This document shows, one piece after another, positions 56,781-64,000 of a stretch of 64,000 nucleotides of DNA (positions are counted from its first letter, which is position 1; each line of letters begins with the position of its first letter). Made by a program: the position numbers and the translations under genes. Source of the DNA: an uncultured bacterium (lineage in GTDB: Bacteria; Gemmatimonadota; Gemmatimonadetes; Longimicrobiales; RSA9); assembly GCA_937889645.1 (NCBI GenBank), contig CALBZE010000023.1, positions 7,159 through 71,158 of the forward strand, given 5' to 3'. Below the pieces are notes generated by a model. It saw only the letters and a program-made list of their open reading frames with translations, searched no databases and was not told the DNA's origin.

Positions 56781-57221
56781 ATGGCCGCGGATCGGATCGC
56801 TGAAGCGACTTGGGAGGGGAGCCTGGCGCAGGGTCAGGGGAGGATCGACCTGAAGAGCAGCGGGCTCGCGACCGCGATGCCCGTGACGTGGGCGTCGCGC
56901 ACAGAACAGCCGGACGGGAAGACCAGCCCCGAGGAGCTGCTCGCGGCGGCGCACGCCTCGTGCTTCGCCATGGCGCTGTCGCACCAGCTCGCCAGCGCGG
57001 GGCACACGCCCGAGCGGCTCGATGTCCGCGCCGTCGCAACGTTCGACAAAGTGGGCGAGGGCTTCCGGGTGACGAGCGTGCGCCTGAACGTCCGCGGCCG
57101 CGTCCCCGGCGCCGACGAGGCCGCGTTCATGAATGCCGCCAACGCCGCCAAGGACGGCTGCCCGATCTCCCGGGCGCTCCAGGGGAACGTCGACATCTCG
57201 CTGGAGGCGATGCTGGAGTAG
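56781..57221 (+). CDS. osmC: OsmC/Ohr-family peroxiredoxin (146 aa)
   Basis: GAGGAGGTGG SD before ATG 56781. ...TSPEELLAAAHASCFAMALS... and ...AKDGCPISRAL... (two conserved Cys contexts). Confidence 0.9.
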   Translation: MAADRIAEATWEGSLAQGQGRIDLKSSGLATAMPVTWASRTEQPDGKTSPEELLAAAHASCFAMALSHQLASAGHTPERLDVRAVATFDKVGEGFRVTSVRLNVRGRVPGADEAAFMNAANAAKDGCPISRALQGNVDISLEAMLE

Positions 57222-57313
57222 GCGGGCGGGACGCGCGGCGGCGCGGCGCCGCGGAGCGGGGCTGCGGCGCGGGGGGCGGAAGCTAGGACGGACCGGGGCG
57301 CCGCGCCGAGAAC

Positions 57314-57355
57314 GAAGAAACGGGTCGGCGACATCATATCGCCGACCCGTCTTCT
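57314..57355. terminator. bidirectional terminator hairpin between convergent osmC and the ECF sigma gene
   Basis: GAAGA-aa-CGGGTCGGCGA / loop CATCATA / TCGCCGACCCG-TCTTC (11 + 5 bp), flanked by T/A-rich runs on both sides. Confidence 0.6.
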
Positions 57356-57451
57356 TTCGCCCCGCGACCGCGCCCAGGGGCGCGTCGTCGCCTAGAGTTC
57401 GCCGCGCCGGACGGACCAACCGGGCACCCGGCCCGCCCGCCCGGATCCGCT

Positions 57452-58075
57452 CTAGTTGAGGTACGGCTCGATCCGCTCGGCGAAGCTCGTCCGCGCGCGG
57501 TGCAGCCGAGACTTCACCGTGCCGAGGTTCACGCCCGTGATCTCGGCGATCTCCTCGTAGCTCTTCCCCTCGAGCTCCCGGAGCTTGAACACCAGGCGAT
57601 GGTGCTCCGGCAGCTCGTCGACCATCCGCTCGACCAGGTCCTGGAGGTACCGCTTCCGGTACATGTCGTCAGGCCGCATCGAAGAGTCCTCGAACTGCAG
57701 CGGCCGATGCTCCGGCTCCCAATGCGTCGTCAGCTTCTGGAACAGGACCAGCGGGCTGCGGGAACGGTTCCGCAGCTCGTTCTTCGCCAGGTTCGAGCAG
57801 ATCGTGTAGATCCACGTCGAGAACTTCTTCGACTGGTCGAACCGGTGGAGGTGCCGCGTGACGCGGATGAACGCCTCCTGGACCAGGTCCTCGGCCCGGT
57901 CCCGGTCGCCGGTCTTCCGCGCAATGAAATGCACCAGCTTGTCCCGGTAGCGATCGTACAGCTCCGAGAATGCGCCGGCATGGCCCTCCAGGTGTGCAGC
58001 CACCAGCTCGCCGTCGTCCAGCTCGTGGAGCGGAGCGCGAAGCCCCGCCTTCGGCTTCACGGTCGTCGTGGCCAT
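57452..58075 (-). CDS. ECF-type RNA polymerase sigma-70 family factor (207 aa)
   Basis: AAGGAG SD before ATG 58075. Region 2 (AEDLVQEAFIRVTRHLHRFD...FSTWIYTICSNLAKNELR) and region 4 (LPEHHRLVFKLRELEGKSYEEIAEITGVNLGTVKSRLHRAR). Confidence 0.9.
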   Translation of the reverse strand: MATTTVKPKAGLRAPLHELDDGELVAAHLEGHAGAFSELYDRYRDKLVHFIARKTGDRDRAEDLVQEAFIRVTRHLHRFDQSKKFSTWIYTICSNLAKNELRNRSRSPLVLFQKLTTHWEPEHRPLQFEDSSMRPDDMYRKRYLQDLVERMVDELPEHHRLVFKLRELEGKSYEEIAEITGVNLGTVKSRLHRARTSFAERIEPYLN

Positions 58076-58207
58076 AGGTCTCCTTTCCCGGGGCGACGAG
58101 GGCACACACACGTACTCCCGCCGGCCGCGAACGCCATCCAAATCAACGAGAATCGGGAACGGTTCCCCGGCTCGTCATTGTCGCGAGAAATCAATGCTAC
58201 AACTTAT

Positions 58208-58255
58208 AAAAACTCGCCCCCGAACTCAAGGGTTGCGTGGGGCGAGTTTTCTCTG
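58208..58255 (-). terminator. intrinsic-terminator-like hairpin in the AT-rich region upstream of the sigma gene
   Basis: 12-bp perfect stem AAAACTCGCCCC/GGGGCGAGTTTT (58209-58220 / 58239-58250) with an 18-nt loop. T-runs follow on both strands (minus strand: UUUUUAUAAG). Confidence 0.5.
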
Positions 58256-58454
58256 TTTCCAATAATCATTGAAACAACGCCGCGCCGCGCCGATACTGGT
58301 GGTGATGGGGTTGTGGTGAGCCCGAAAACGCTGCGGTGGGCGACGGGTGCGTGGGTTCGGCGCATAGGCGGTGCTCCGCGTTCGGGGGAGGGTGTGGGAT
58401 GAGCCCAATGTAGGGAAGGAGGGCGGGGCGCGCCATGGCGTTGTAGGCCAGCGG

Positions 58455-58700
58455 CTACTGCTCGTCGATGCGTTGGACGAATTCGTCGACGAGCTCGCGG
58501 AACCGTTGGCGGAGCGATTCTTCATCCTGCGCGTCCCGGTTGGCGAGGCGCGGCTCCTCCCAGGCGGGAGGGTTGTCGCCGCGCCCCCAGTCGGAGGGCG
58601 GTCCGTGGGCGCGCTGGCGGGCGCGCGCCCGCATCCATTCGCGGCCGGTCTGGTAGAGTCGCTCGAGGAGCTCCTCGGGGGGAATGGGTTCCGGGGGCAT
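58455..58700 (-). CDS. small acidic hypothetical protein (81 aa)
   Basis: ATG at 58700 with AGGAG about 9 nt upstream. MPPEPIPPEELLERLYQTGREWMRARAR...DEESLRQRFRELVDEFVQRIDEQ. Confidence 0.55.
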   Translation of the reverse strand: MPPEPIPPEELLERLYQTGREWMRARARQRAHGPPSDWGRGDNPPAWEEPRLANRDAQDEESLRQRFRELVDEFVQRIDEQ

Positions 58701-58800
58701 AGCGGTCGGCTCCTGCTTGAGCGGTCGGCTCCTGGCTGGAGGCGTTCACGACGCCGGCCCGACGGGCGCAAGAGGTATGCCCTGGAGGGGGCGCCGCGCC

Positions 58801-58995
58801 CCGGGGCGCGATGTAGCCGGGCGCCGTGTGGCCGGGCGCCGTGTGGCCGGGCGCCGTGTGGCCGGGCGCAATGTAGCCGGGCGCAATGTAGCCGGGCGCG
58901 ATGTAGCCGGGCGCGATGTAGCCGGGCGCGATGTGGCCGGGCGCGATGTGGCCGGGCGCGATGTGGCCGGGCGCGGTGCGACCGGGGCGCGGGGA
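58801..58995. repeat. 15-bp minisatellite, 11 well-conserved + 2 degenerate units (GCCGGGCGC + variable hexamer)
   Basis: GCCGGGCGC occurs every 15 bp from 58816 to 58966. Hexamers come in blocks: 3x CGTGTG, 2x AATGTA, 2x GATGTA, 3x GATGTG, 1x GGTGCG. Confidence 0.95.
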
Positions 58996-59152
58996 CGCGG
59001 CGCAACGGGGGCGCGGTCGCACTACGTCCCCGAGGGCGGTCGCGGGGCCGGCCGTCACGCCGAGCCGCCGGTGCGGGTCACTCCGACCGGCCGGGCGTGC
59101 GCCCGTTCACCCTCCCGACGTGCGCCCGCTCGCCCTCGCGGCGTGCGCCCGT

Positions 59153-59611
59153 TCACCCTCCGGGCGTGTGCCAGCGGAAGGTGGCGGCGTCCTGGCGGGC
59201 ACCGACGACCTCTGCGACGGGCCGGTCGGGGAGGCGGACGAGGACCCGCACGGCCTCGGGGACGACGAGGATGTAGTCGGTGTGCTCGCCGCCGACCGTC
59301 GTCACTTGGAGGACGTGGCCGCCCTGGTCGGAGAGTCCGAAACCGGGGAGGCCGCGGAGCACGCGGGCGGTCACCTCGAGGCGGCCGGGCTGGCCGCGGA
59401 TCAGGCGGAGCGTGCCGGGCACTCCGGCGTCGACGCGGACCGTGAGGCGGTCGCCGAGGAAGGTGTAGGTCTGCCGGACCGTCTCGGCGTCGTGGCTCTG
59501 GGCCGCCGCGGGCGCGGGACGCACGGCCGCGGCGGCCGCGGCGAGCGCGATCGCCGCGACCGTGACGACACGCGGGCGAGTGCTGCGGGCGGTTCGAGCG
59601 TGCCGGGTCAT
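59153..59611 (-). CDS. secreted hypothetical protein (152 aa)
   Basis: ATG at 59611 inside ORF 59153..60088. MTRHARTARSTRPRVVTVAAIALAAAAAAVRPAPAAAQ signal, then a beta-rich-looking body. Confidence 0.65.
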   Translation of the reverse strand: MTRHARTARSTRPRVVTVAAIALAAAAAAVRPAPAAAQSHDAETVRQTYTFLGDRLTVRVDAGVPGTLRLIRGQPGRLEVTARVLRGLPGFGLSDQGGHVLQVTTVGGEHTDYILVVPEAVRVLVRLPDRPVAEVVGARQDAATFRWHTPGG

Positions 59612-59723
59612 CGGGGCGTCCCTCCGGTGAGCGTCCCTCCGGTGAGGCCGCGCGCGGCCGAGGCGAGGAGCGCTCCGCCGGCGGGCGGGGCGCTCCTCGG
59701 AAATCGGCCGGAGCCGGCGTCGA

Positions 59724-60425
59724 TCAGCGGTTCGGCATCGAGCCGTTGGTGTCGCTGCCCGGCGTCGTCGAGCCAGGAGTCGTCGCGCCCGGCGCGGTGT
59801 CCATCGGCTGCGCTGGCTGCGTCCCGGGCTGCGTCCCCGGTTGGGTGCCGGGCTGCGTGCCGAGCTGGCCGGTCTGCGGGCTCGAGACGACGATGTCCTC
59901 GTGGACGCTCCAGCGCTGGTAGTCGGGCTCCTGCTGGAGCTGCGACTGTTGGATCCAGGTCGATGCCTGGCCCGACGGCGCCTGCTGCAGCGTGCCCATG
60001 ATCTCGACGTCGCGGCCGGTCTGGATCTCGGCCATCTCCAGCACCTGCCCGTCCCGCTTCGTGGCCGGCGTCCGCACGAACAGCGCATGGGCCTCGCCGT
60101 TCACCTCGGAGGCGATCCAGAAGCCCTCGCTGGTCGGCTGGCCGACGATCTGCCCCTGGATCAGGACGGTGCGGCCGACGTCGTCCATGCCGAGCGGGAG
60201 CAGGGAGCGCAGTTCGGCCGGCGCGCCCTCGGGCGTGATCGGCGTGGGCGCCGGAACGGCCGCGGCGGGCTCCTCGACCTGCTCGACGGTTTCCGTCCCG
60301 GCGACCTGCTCCTCGTCGGTGTCGACCATCTCCGCGATGGCCCAGATCAGGAGTGCCAGGACCAGCAGGCCGATGATCCACGGCCAGATCGATGGCCCTT
60401 TGCGTTCGACGTTGATGTCCGCCAT
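59724..60425 (-). CDS. N-terminally membrane-anchored protein with a C-terminal (GTQP)4 and TTPGS repeats (233 aa)
   Basis: GGAAGGAGG SD before ATG 60425. MADINVERKGPSIWPWIIGLLVLALLIWAIAEM anchor. (GTQP)x4 encoded at 59814-59861. Confidence 0.75.
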   Translation of the reverse strand: MADINVERKGPSIWPWIIGLLVLALLIWAIAEMVDTDEEQVAGTETVEQVEEPAAAVPAPTPITPEGAPAELRSLLPLGMDDVGRTVLIQGQIVGQPTSEGFWIASEVNGEAHALFVRTPATKRDGQVLEMAEIQTGRDVEIMGTLQQAPSGQASTWIQQSQLQQEPDYQRWSVHEDIVVSSPQTGQLGTQPGTQPGTQPGTQPAQPMDTAPGATTPGSTTPGSDTNGSMPNR

Positions 60426-60510
60426 GACAGCGTACCTCCTTCCGCGTTGGCTCCGTTCTCGCCGGGATCCCGGCGACCCGGCCACGGCGCAACAGTCGCA
60501 AATAGCGTTC

Positions 60511-60552
60511 CCCGCAAAGGAAAAGACCCGGGGTCGTGGAACCCCGGGTCTT
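60511..60552 (-). terminator. intrinsic terminator after the saccharopine dehydrogenase-like gene
   Basis: Perfect 11-bp stem AAGACCCGGGG/CCCCGGGTCTT (60523-33 / 60542-52), 8-nt loop. The minus-strand tail reads UUUUCCUUUG. Confidence 0.65.
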
Positions 60553-60673
60553 CCGGCGATGCGACTCGTGCGGCGCGTCGCGGTTGCGTGCGCCGGGCGT
60601 CGTCGCGTGCGACGTCGCCCTCGCGCCACGGCGGGCGCCGGATCGCGCGCAGGCGCCTCCGCGACGTCGTCGC

Positions 60674-61825
60674 CTACGACACCGTCTTGCGGATCCGGAT
60701 CCCGCGGCGGCCGAGCTCCTCGACGTACGGGTCGGCGGGGACGCACTGGTCGGGAGTGCATGCGCCCAGGCGCGTGACCTGGCCACGGGCCTGCATCTGC
60801 CCCGTGATCGAGAGCGAGAAGCCGGTCGTGCGCTCCATCGCGCTGATCCCCGTCGCCTCGTCGTAGTAGTCGAGCAGGTCGTAGACGATGTGGGTCGGCT
60901 TGCCGTCCTTCCGCCCCTCCGCCTCGACGCGCAGCGCGACCAGGTCGCGCCCCTCGGGCTTGCGCAGCTTCGGCTCGACCGCGGCGATGAAGACCTGCCG
61001 CGGCACGACCTCCTGCTCGCCGACGCGGATCGGGTCGAGGTCGAGCAGCCCGAGGTCCCGGATCGCCTTCATGATCTCGGCGTGCCCCGGGTAGCGCAGC
61101 GTCTTGTACTCCATGCTGCGCAGCTTGCCCTCGTAGGTCCACGGCATCGTCGAGAGCCCGCCGGCGGTGTGGAACGCCTCGAGCGTCCCGACCGGCTCGG
61201 GGAACTCGAGGTGCTCGATCTCCGTCAGCGCCTCGACCTGCTTCGGCTCTCCGTCGCGCAGGACCCACGAGAGCGTCGTGTAGTAGTCGAGCACGCCGTG
61301 GAGCGAGTAGACGATCTGGTAGTTGAGCGGCGGCTCCGGGTTCTGCGGCAGCCCGCCCACGCGGATCTTCACCGTCTCGGGCTCGTCCAGCTCCTCGATC
61401 CCGGCCGCGGCCAGGATGTTGACCATCCCGGGCGCGAGGCCGCAGTCGGGGATCACGCTCAGGCCGCGCTCCCGCGCTTCGCCGTCCAGCTCGAGCTGGT
61501 TGAAGACGATCTCCGTGTTCCCGCCCAGGTCGCAGTAGTGCACGCCCGCGCGGACCGCGAGACGCGCCATGTCGAGGTTGAAGTAGTAGGGGAGCGCGTT
61601 CATGCACGCATGCTTCCCCTCCATGACCTCGAGCACGGCGGCCTCGTCGCGGGCGTCGAGCCGGACCAGCTCGAGGCGCGGGTCGCCGCGGTATCGCTCG
61701 AGGAACGGCGGCAGTTTATCGACGTTCAGGTCGGCCACGGTCACCTTCTCGACCGCGGCGTTCTGGAGCAGATCGTATGCACAGGCCGAGCCCTGGAGCC
61801 CGGCGCCGAGTACCAGCATCCGCAA
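60674..61825 (-). CDS. saccharopine dehydrogenase family NAD(P)-binding oxidoreductase (383 aa)
   Basis: (M)RMLVLGAGLQGSACAYDL Rossmann N-terminus. ...VHYCDLGGN...IPDCGLAPGMVNIL.... TTG at 61825 (GGAGG 7 nt upstream) or ATG at 61819. Confidence 0.85.
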   Translation of the reverse strand: MRMLVLGAGLQGSACAYDLLQNAAVEKVTVADLNVDKLPPFLERYRGDPRLELVRLDARDEAAVLEVMEGKHACMNALPYYFNLDMARLAVRAGVHYCDLGGNTEIVFNQLELDGEARERGLSVIPDCGLAPGMVNILAAAGIEELDEPETVKIRVGGLPQNPEPPLNYQIVYSLHGVLDYYTTLSWVLRDGEPKQVEALTEIEHLEFPEPVGTLEAFHTAGGLSTMPWTYEGKLRSMEYKTLRYPGHAEIMKAIRDLGLLDLDPIRVGEQEVVPRQVFIAAVEPKLRKPEGRDLVALRVEAEGRKDGKPTHIVYDLLDYYDEATGISAMERTTGFSLSITGQMQARGQVTRLGACTPDQCVPADPYVEELGRRGIRIRKTVS

Positions 61826-62114
61826 GACGCAACCTCCACGTGTGAGGGGCGTTCCGCCCTCGGCCGCCCCCGGTTTCTTCGGTGTACGAGTTCGGTGTAC
61901 GCGTTCGGTCGATCGAGACGCCTGAACGTGCGGCCCGCGTCCGGCCGTGTCAACCGTCGTCGGGCGGCGCGGCTGCCGGTGCGGTCATCGGTGACGTTGC
62001 GACGTTGTAGGACAGCGACGCGGCTCCTAAGTTGATGCCCACCGGGCGCGTCCGACCGTCCGAATCCACGTCCCGGGGCCTTGGTTTCCGACCCGCGCTT
62101 CGAGAGGTGCGACG

Positions 62115-63203
62115 ATGCGATTTCCGAACGCCGGTGCTTCTCGCGCCGCGGCGCTCCGCGAGCGCTTGCTCTTCCCCGTTCTGGCCTGCACCACCCTTGC
62201 CGCCTGCGACACCGGCGGCGGCCGCGACGGCGGCGGTGTGGTGGAGCACCACCTCACGCGATTCGACACCCTGATCACGACCGAATCCGGCCTGATCGGC
62301 GTCCCGTCCGACGTCGCCCTGGCGCCGGATGGTCGGCTCTGGATCGCCGACCGCGTGCTGCACCGTGTGCTGGTCGTGGACCCGGAGGACGGCGCGGCCC
62401 GGCCGATCGGCCGCGAAGGCGCGGGGCCGGGCGAATTCCGGGGGCCGGAGGCCGTCGCCGCCTCGGAGTCCGGGGCGTTCGTCCTCGACTTCGGCAACCG
62501 GCGCGTCCAGCGATTCGCCCTCGACGGCACGTACGAGGAGTCGACGCCGATCGGGGCCGTCGTCTACCTCCCCGCAGACATCGACGGCCGCGGCGCCGTG
62601 GCGACGGAGACGCTCGGGATGGACAGCAGCCTGGCGGTGATCCTCGGTCCGACGGGTGGCGGGCCCGCGCGCCTCCGGCTGGGCGAGCCGCTGGGCGATC
62701 CGCCGCGGATGATCTCGCGCACGCAGATCCGCGAGCAGGCGCTGCGGGGCGAAATGCCGCGCGAGTTCCGGAACAATGTCCTCCCGGTCCTCGCTCCGGA
62801 CGGCGGCGCATGGCTCGTGCTCCAGGCCGAGGGCGTGCTGCAGCGCTTCGACCCCAACGGCCGGCTGGTCTACTCCACCCCGATCGCGGACCCAGAGATC
62901 GCGGCCGCGCGCGATACGTTCTTCGCCGCCTGGACCGCGGACGGCGGGCCGGACGGCTACCCGGTTCCGTGGTCCGCGGTCGCGGGGACTGTCGTCGACG
63001 GGGAGCTGTGGCTCCGACTCGGGCCCGGGACGGAGGGGCGCAGCGTGATCGCCGTCCTCGATGGCGAGACGGGGCACGTCCTGCGACGTTACGTGCTGCG
63101 GCTCGCCACGCCCGCCGGGGCGTTCGCGGTGGACGGGCGGCGACGTCGCCTCTACGTCGCGCTCCCGGACGAGGCGGCCGTGGTCGGCGCCGAGCTGCCG
63201 TAG
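62115..63203 (+). CDS. NHL/6-bladed beta-propeller lipoprotein (362 aa)
   Basis: ...LLFPVLACTTLAAC lipobox. PSDVALAPDGRLWIADRVLHRVLVVD, GREGAGPGEFRGPEAVA...VLDFGNRRVQRF (NHL-like blades). Confidence 0.8.
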   Translation: MRFPNAGASRAAALRERLLFPVLACTTLAACDTGGGRDGGGVVEHHLTRFDTLITTESGLIGVPSDVALAPDGRLWIADRVLHRVLVVDPEDGAARPIGREGAGPGEFRGPEAVAASESGAFVLDFGNRRVQRFALDGTYEESTPIGAVVYLPADIDGRGAVATETLGMDSSLAVILGPTGGGPARLRLGEPLGDPPRMISRTQIREQALRGEMPREFRNNVLPVLAPDGGAWLVLQAEGVLQRFDPNGRLVYSTPIADPEIAAARDTFFAAWTADGGPDGYPVPWSAVAGTVVDGELWLRLGPGTEGRSVIAVLDGETGHVLRRYVLRLATPAGAFAVDGRRRRLYVALPDEAAVVGAELP

Positions 63204-63310
63204 GCGGCAGCCGCTCCCGCGGCCGGATTGCCGGGCCGGTTCGGGGGCGGCGATCCGGCGTTGGGCGGCCGGCCGTGGGCGGCTGGCGGCTGCATCCGTT
63301 GACAGGCGGG

Positions 63311-63338
63311 TGCACACCGCCGCCCATCGTCATATAAT
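63311..63338 (+). promoter_or_regulatory. candidate promoter: perfect TATAAT with a weak -35 (TGCACA-N16)
   Basis: TATAAT at 63333-63338 stands out in GC-rich DNA. TGCACA at 63311-63316. About 115 nt upstream of the ornithine cyclodeaminase-like ATG. Confidence 0.3.
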
Positions 63339-63452
63339 GTATCCAATCCGGGCGCGGCGAGGCCGCGCGTGAGGTGTAACGGTGCGCGCCGCGGTGCGGA
63401 AGAGCGCGGAGGAGGACGGCGGGGCGCGGCGCGCAGGGAGCGGGAGAGTGTC

Positions 63453-64000
63453 ATGCGAGTCATCGAAGCGAACGACGTACATCGGGTCCTGGAGTTTCCG
63501 GCGCTGATCGAGGCGCTCAGGCGGACGTTCGGGTCGCCGGCCGGGATGCCGCAGCGGCTGATGTTCCCGCTGGACCCGGACGGCGGTTCGAGGGACGTTT
63601 TCGCGCTGCTGCCGTCGTGGAACGGGGACGTGATCGGTGTGAAGGCGTTCACGTACCTCCCCGGGAACGCGGCGGCGGGGCTCCCTATCCTGCACTCGAA
63701 GATCCTGTTGTTCGACCGCAAGACGGGCGAGCCGCGGGCGCTGGTCGATGGGACGACGGTGACGTTCTGGCGGACGGCGGCGATGGCGGGGCTCGCTGCG
63801 GACTACCTGGCGCGGAAGGACGCGCGCCGGCTGCTCGTGTGCGGGACGGGGAACCTGGCACCGTACATGGTGCTGGCGCACGCGACGGTGTGTCCGATCG
63901 AGGAGGTCGCGATCTGGGGCCGCAATCCGGAGAAGGCGAAGCGGGTGATCGAGCGGGTCGCGGAGCGTCGCCCGGACCTGCGCTGCCGGGTCGCCGGGAA
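63453..64000 (+). CDS. ornithine cyclodeaminase/mu-crystallin family protein, 3'-truncated by the window edge
   Basis: Not in the ORF track (no stop in window). Manual translation from ATG 63453: MRVIEANDVHRVLEFPALIEALRRTF...VIGVKAFTYLPGN...TFWRTAAMAGLAADYLARKDARRLLVCGTGNLAPYMVLAH... Confidence 0.8.
   Translation, partial: MRVIEANDVHRVLEFPALIEALRRTFGSPAGMPQRLMFPLDPDGGSRDVFALLPSWNGDVIGVKAFTYLPGNAAAGLPILHSKILLFDRKTGEPRALVDGTTVTFWRTAAMAGLAADYLARKDARRLLVCGTGNLAPYMVLAHATVCPIEEVAIWGRNPEKAKRVIERVAERRPDLRCRVAG

Noticed and set aside
58522-59058. ORFs translating the 15-bp minisatellite as pentapeptide repeats (APGHI/APGYI; HRARP; VAGRD).
   Set aside because: All three frames on both strands are open simply because the unit lacks stops. 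Flanking ORF sequence is Arg/Pro-rich junk with no SD or start context. It is more parsimonious as a non-coding tandem repeat.
63299-63338. Perfect TTGACA (63299) plus perfect TATAAT (63333) as a consensus promoter.
   Set aside because: The two hexamers are 28 nt apart, far from the 17 +/- 1 nt needed. Only the TATAAT with a weak TGCACA -35 at 16 nt is retained, at low confidence.

Overview
Very GC-rich bacterial chromosomal segment (GC not computed). The gene content (a SusC/SusD pair, many CarboxypepD_reg and lipobox beta-propeller proteins, TamA/TamB) suggests a Gemmatimonadota-like Gram-negative, but that is inference only. I call 54 protein-coding genes. Most ORF-track entries are rejected as Arg/Pro/Ala-rich shadow frames of real genes. 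I saw no rRNA, tRNA, transposase, integrase or cas genes. Much of the window is amino-acid and peptide metabolism: SusC/SusD, a POT peptide permease, an M28 peptidase, an aspartate aminotransferase, aspartase, an alanine/cation symporter, saccharopine dehydrogenase and ornithine cyclodeaminase. There are also three orphan PAS/GAF sensor kinases, HU, an ECF sigma factor and OsmC. Candidates for undescribed biology, all hypotheses from sequence reading: (1) a type IB topoisomerase translationally coupled to a two-HKD PLD-superfamily enzyme (Tdp1-like logic), divergent from a PD-(D/E)XK-like nuclease and its small partner; (2) a sensor-less, PspF-like sigma-54 activator followed by a 68-aa secreted twin-CX6C peptide, a lipoprotein and an ABC exporter; (3) two unusually long, repeat-dense non-coding regions (17236-17962 and 56262-56780), each with GTRGAAW motifs phased at 60-62 nt, hairpins or palindromes, and G-rich repeats that run into the 3' end of the neighbouring gene; (4) two barrel-less CarboxypepD_reg+plug proteins with a C-terminal anchor; (5) a radical SAM/SPASM gene coupled to a membrane protein; (6) a nucleotidyltransferase-metallophosphoesterase pair; (7) a cNMP-domain-aspartase fusion; (8) a motif-degenerate DEAD-box/DbpA homolog; (9) a 15-bp minisatellite in a promoter region.
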